Source: Zootoca vivipara (Eukaryota). Taken from it: a stretch of 64,000 nucleotides of DNA. The notes under the pieces were generated by a model, which was given only the letters and a program-made list of their open reading frames with translations, was not told where the DNA came from and ran no database searches. The stretch is from NCBI RefSeq assembly GCF_963506605.1, contig NC_083278.1, forward strand, positions 64,666,001 to 64,730,000. Reading direction: 5' to 3'. A program made the translations under genes and the position numbers. Positions 63,032 to 64,000 of this stretch are shown piece by piece. Within the stretch, counting starts at the first letter, position 1. Each line of letters opens with the position of its first letter.

Positions 63032-63115
63032 CCGCCGTCCTTCCAGGAACTTAAGGGCTGTGCCAATGTTGGCGACTCCATGAATTCTCTTCAGCTTTCG
63101 GCCGTGTTCACAGGG
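63032..63115 (-). CDS. SYNE1: SYNE1 exon (~human ex6), CH1: PCEHGRKLKRIHGVANIGTALKFLEGRR
   Basis: 84 nt, AG/GT (gtaagt donor), phase 0-0. Confidence 0.95.
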
Positions 63116-64000
63116 CTTTTAAAAACAAGGACAATTAAGTACCAGCATGGCCTGACAATAAGATCCTAAACACATCCGTCTTGAAAGGAAACTCGGTGAC
63201 TTCTATCAAGATTTGCTTCCAAAAAAATGTGCTGATTTTCCCTCCTAAAGTCAATATTCTGATTTTTTAAAACAACAACAATATTGACCTTTTAAAGTCC
63301 TTCTTATTTTTTTTCTGACTCAGCATTGGCTCCCTACTTCCAGTTATGCATGCAAACCAACTACATATAACTCAAACACTGTAAGGTAATAAAGAATCTT
63401 TATTCCCAGAACAAGCAAGTGGCCAGCCACAGATCCCAAATGTGGTAAAACTCTAACCCATTTTATTTTATTTTGTACTTAATACCTGTTTCTGATAGAT
63501 GAAACTTGGAAGAGAAGAAATGGTTCTGGAACTAGCCTTATCTATACCTCTTTAATGTCTCACAGTCTTTAAGTCCACACAGTAATCACACTTTAATCAA
63601 AAAAATCGGTCTTTGCCTTTCAATATGATAGTGGTGAAACGTACTCCAGAGCATTTTGTTAAAATTCTACCACAAGAGGGAGAATTTCCTTATCAAAACA
63701 GGAGAGACCACGATCAAAAGCCCAATTTAAACAAGGAAAAGTAAGAAGGGCTGTGAGAGTGATGTGCCTCAAAAAAGATGCTTAGAAGCAAATTTCACTT
63801 AGAACATTGTATGTCACTCCACTAAATTGCCTGCAGTGTATGATAAAATAATTTAATTTGCTGAAATCATGTTTCATATTTTATATAGAATGAGTGTTCA
63901 CATGTTTCATACAAGTGCTTGAGGAATTAGCTCAGGACATTGTCACATACTACTGCCTCTCAGTTGCTTCCCTGCATCCCAGCTGACGATCTGTATGACA

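Larger units (their letters stand above)
838..63115 (-). other. SYNE1: SYNE1 / nesprin-1 gene, partial (continues beyond both window ends); 37 coding exons in window
   Basis: Spliced exons translate to calponin-homology motifs ([53 protein letters not shown]) followed by spectrin repeats. Exon order, size and phase match human SYNE1 as recalled. Confidence 0.97.

Overview
Vertebrate genomic DNA from a squamate reptile (Sauria SINEs, BovB, CR1 and L2; probably a lacertid lizard, which is an inference). The whole window is the interior of SYNE1 (nesprin-1) on the minus strand. I traced 37 coding exons by splice sites, phase and translation. They correspond to roughly human exons 6-41 plus a 21-nt microexon, and encode the end of CH1, CH2 and the N-terminal spectrin repeats. 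Human exon numbers and sizes are recalled from memory, not database-checked. Introns hold LINE fragments (L1, L2, CR1, Rex1/Babar, RTE-BovB), SINEs, many hAT and Tc1/mariner MITEs with readable TSDs, solo LTRs and microsatellites. Most listed ORFs are spurious. I found no new gene system. The most notable items are: a conserved CPG2-type read-through C-terminus after the exon-33 equivalent; an apparent +1 frameshift in the exon-36 equivalent; a 1.2-kb TIR element carrying a CpG-island-like interior; two small alternative exons; a GC-AG intron; and an internally deleted BovB derivative with a hairpin at its junction.
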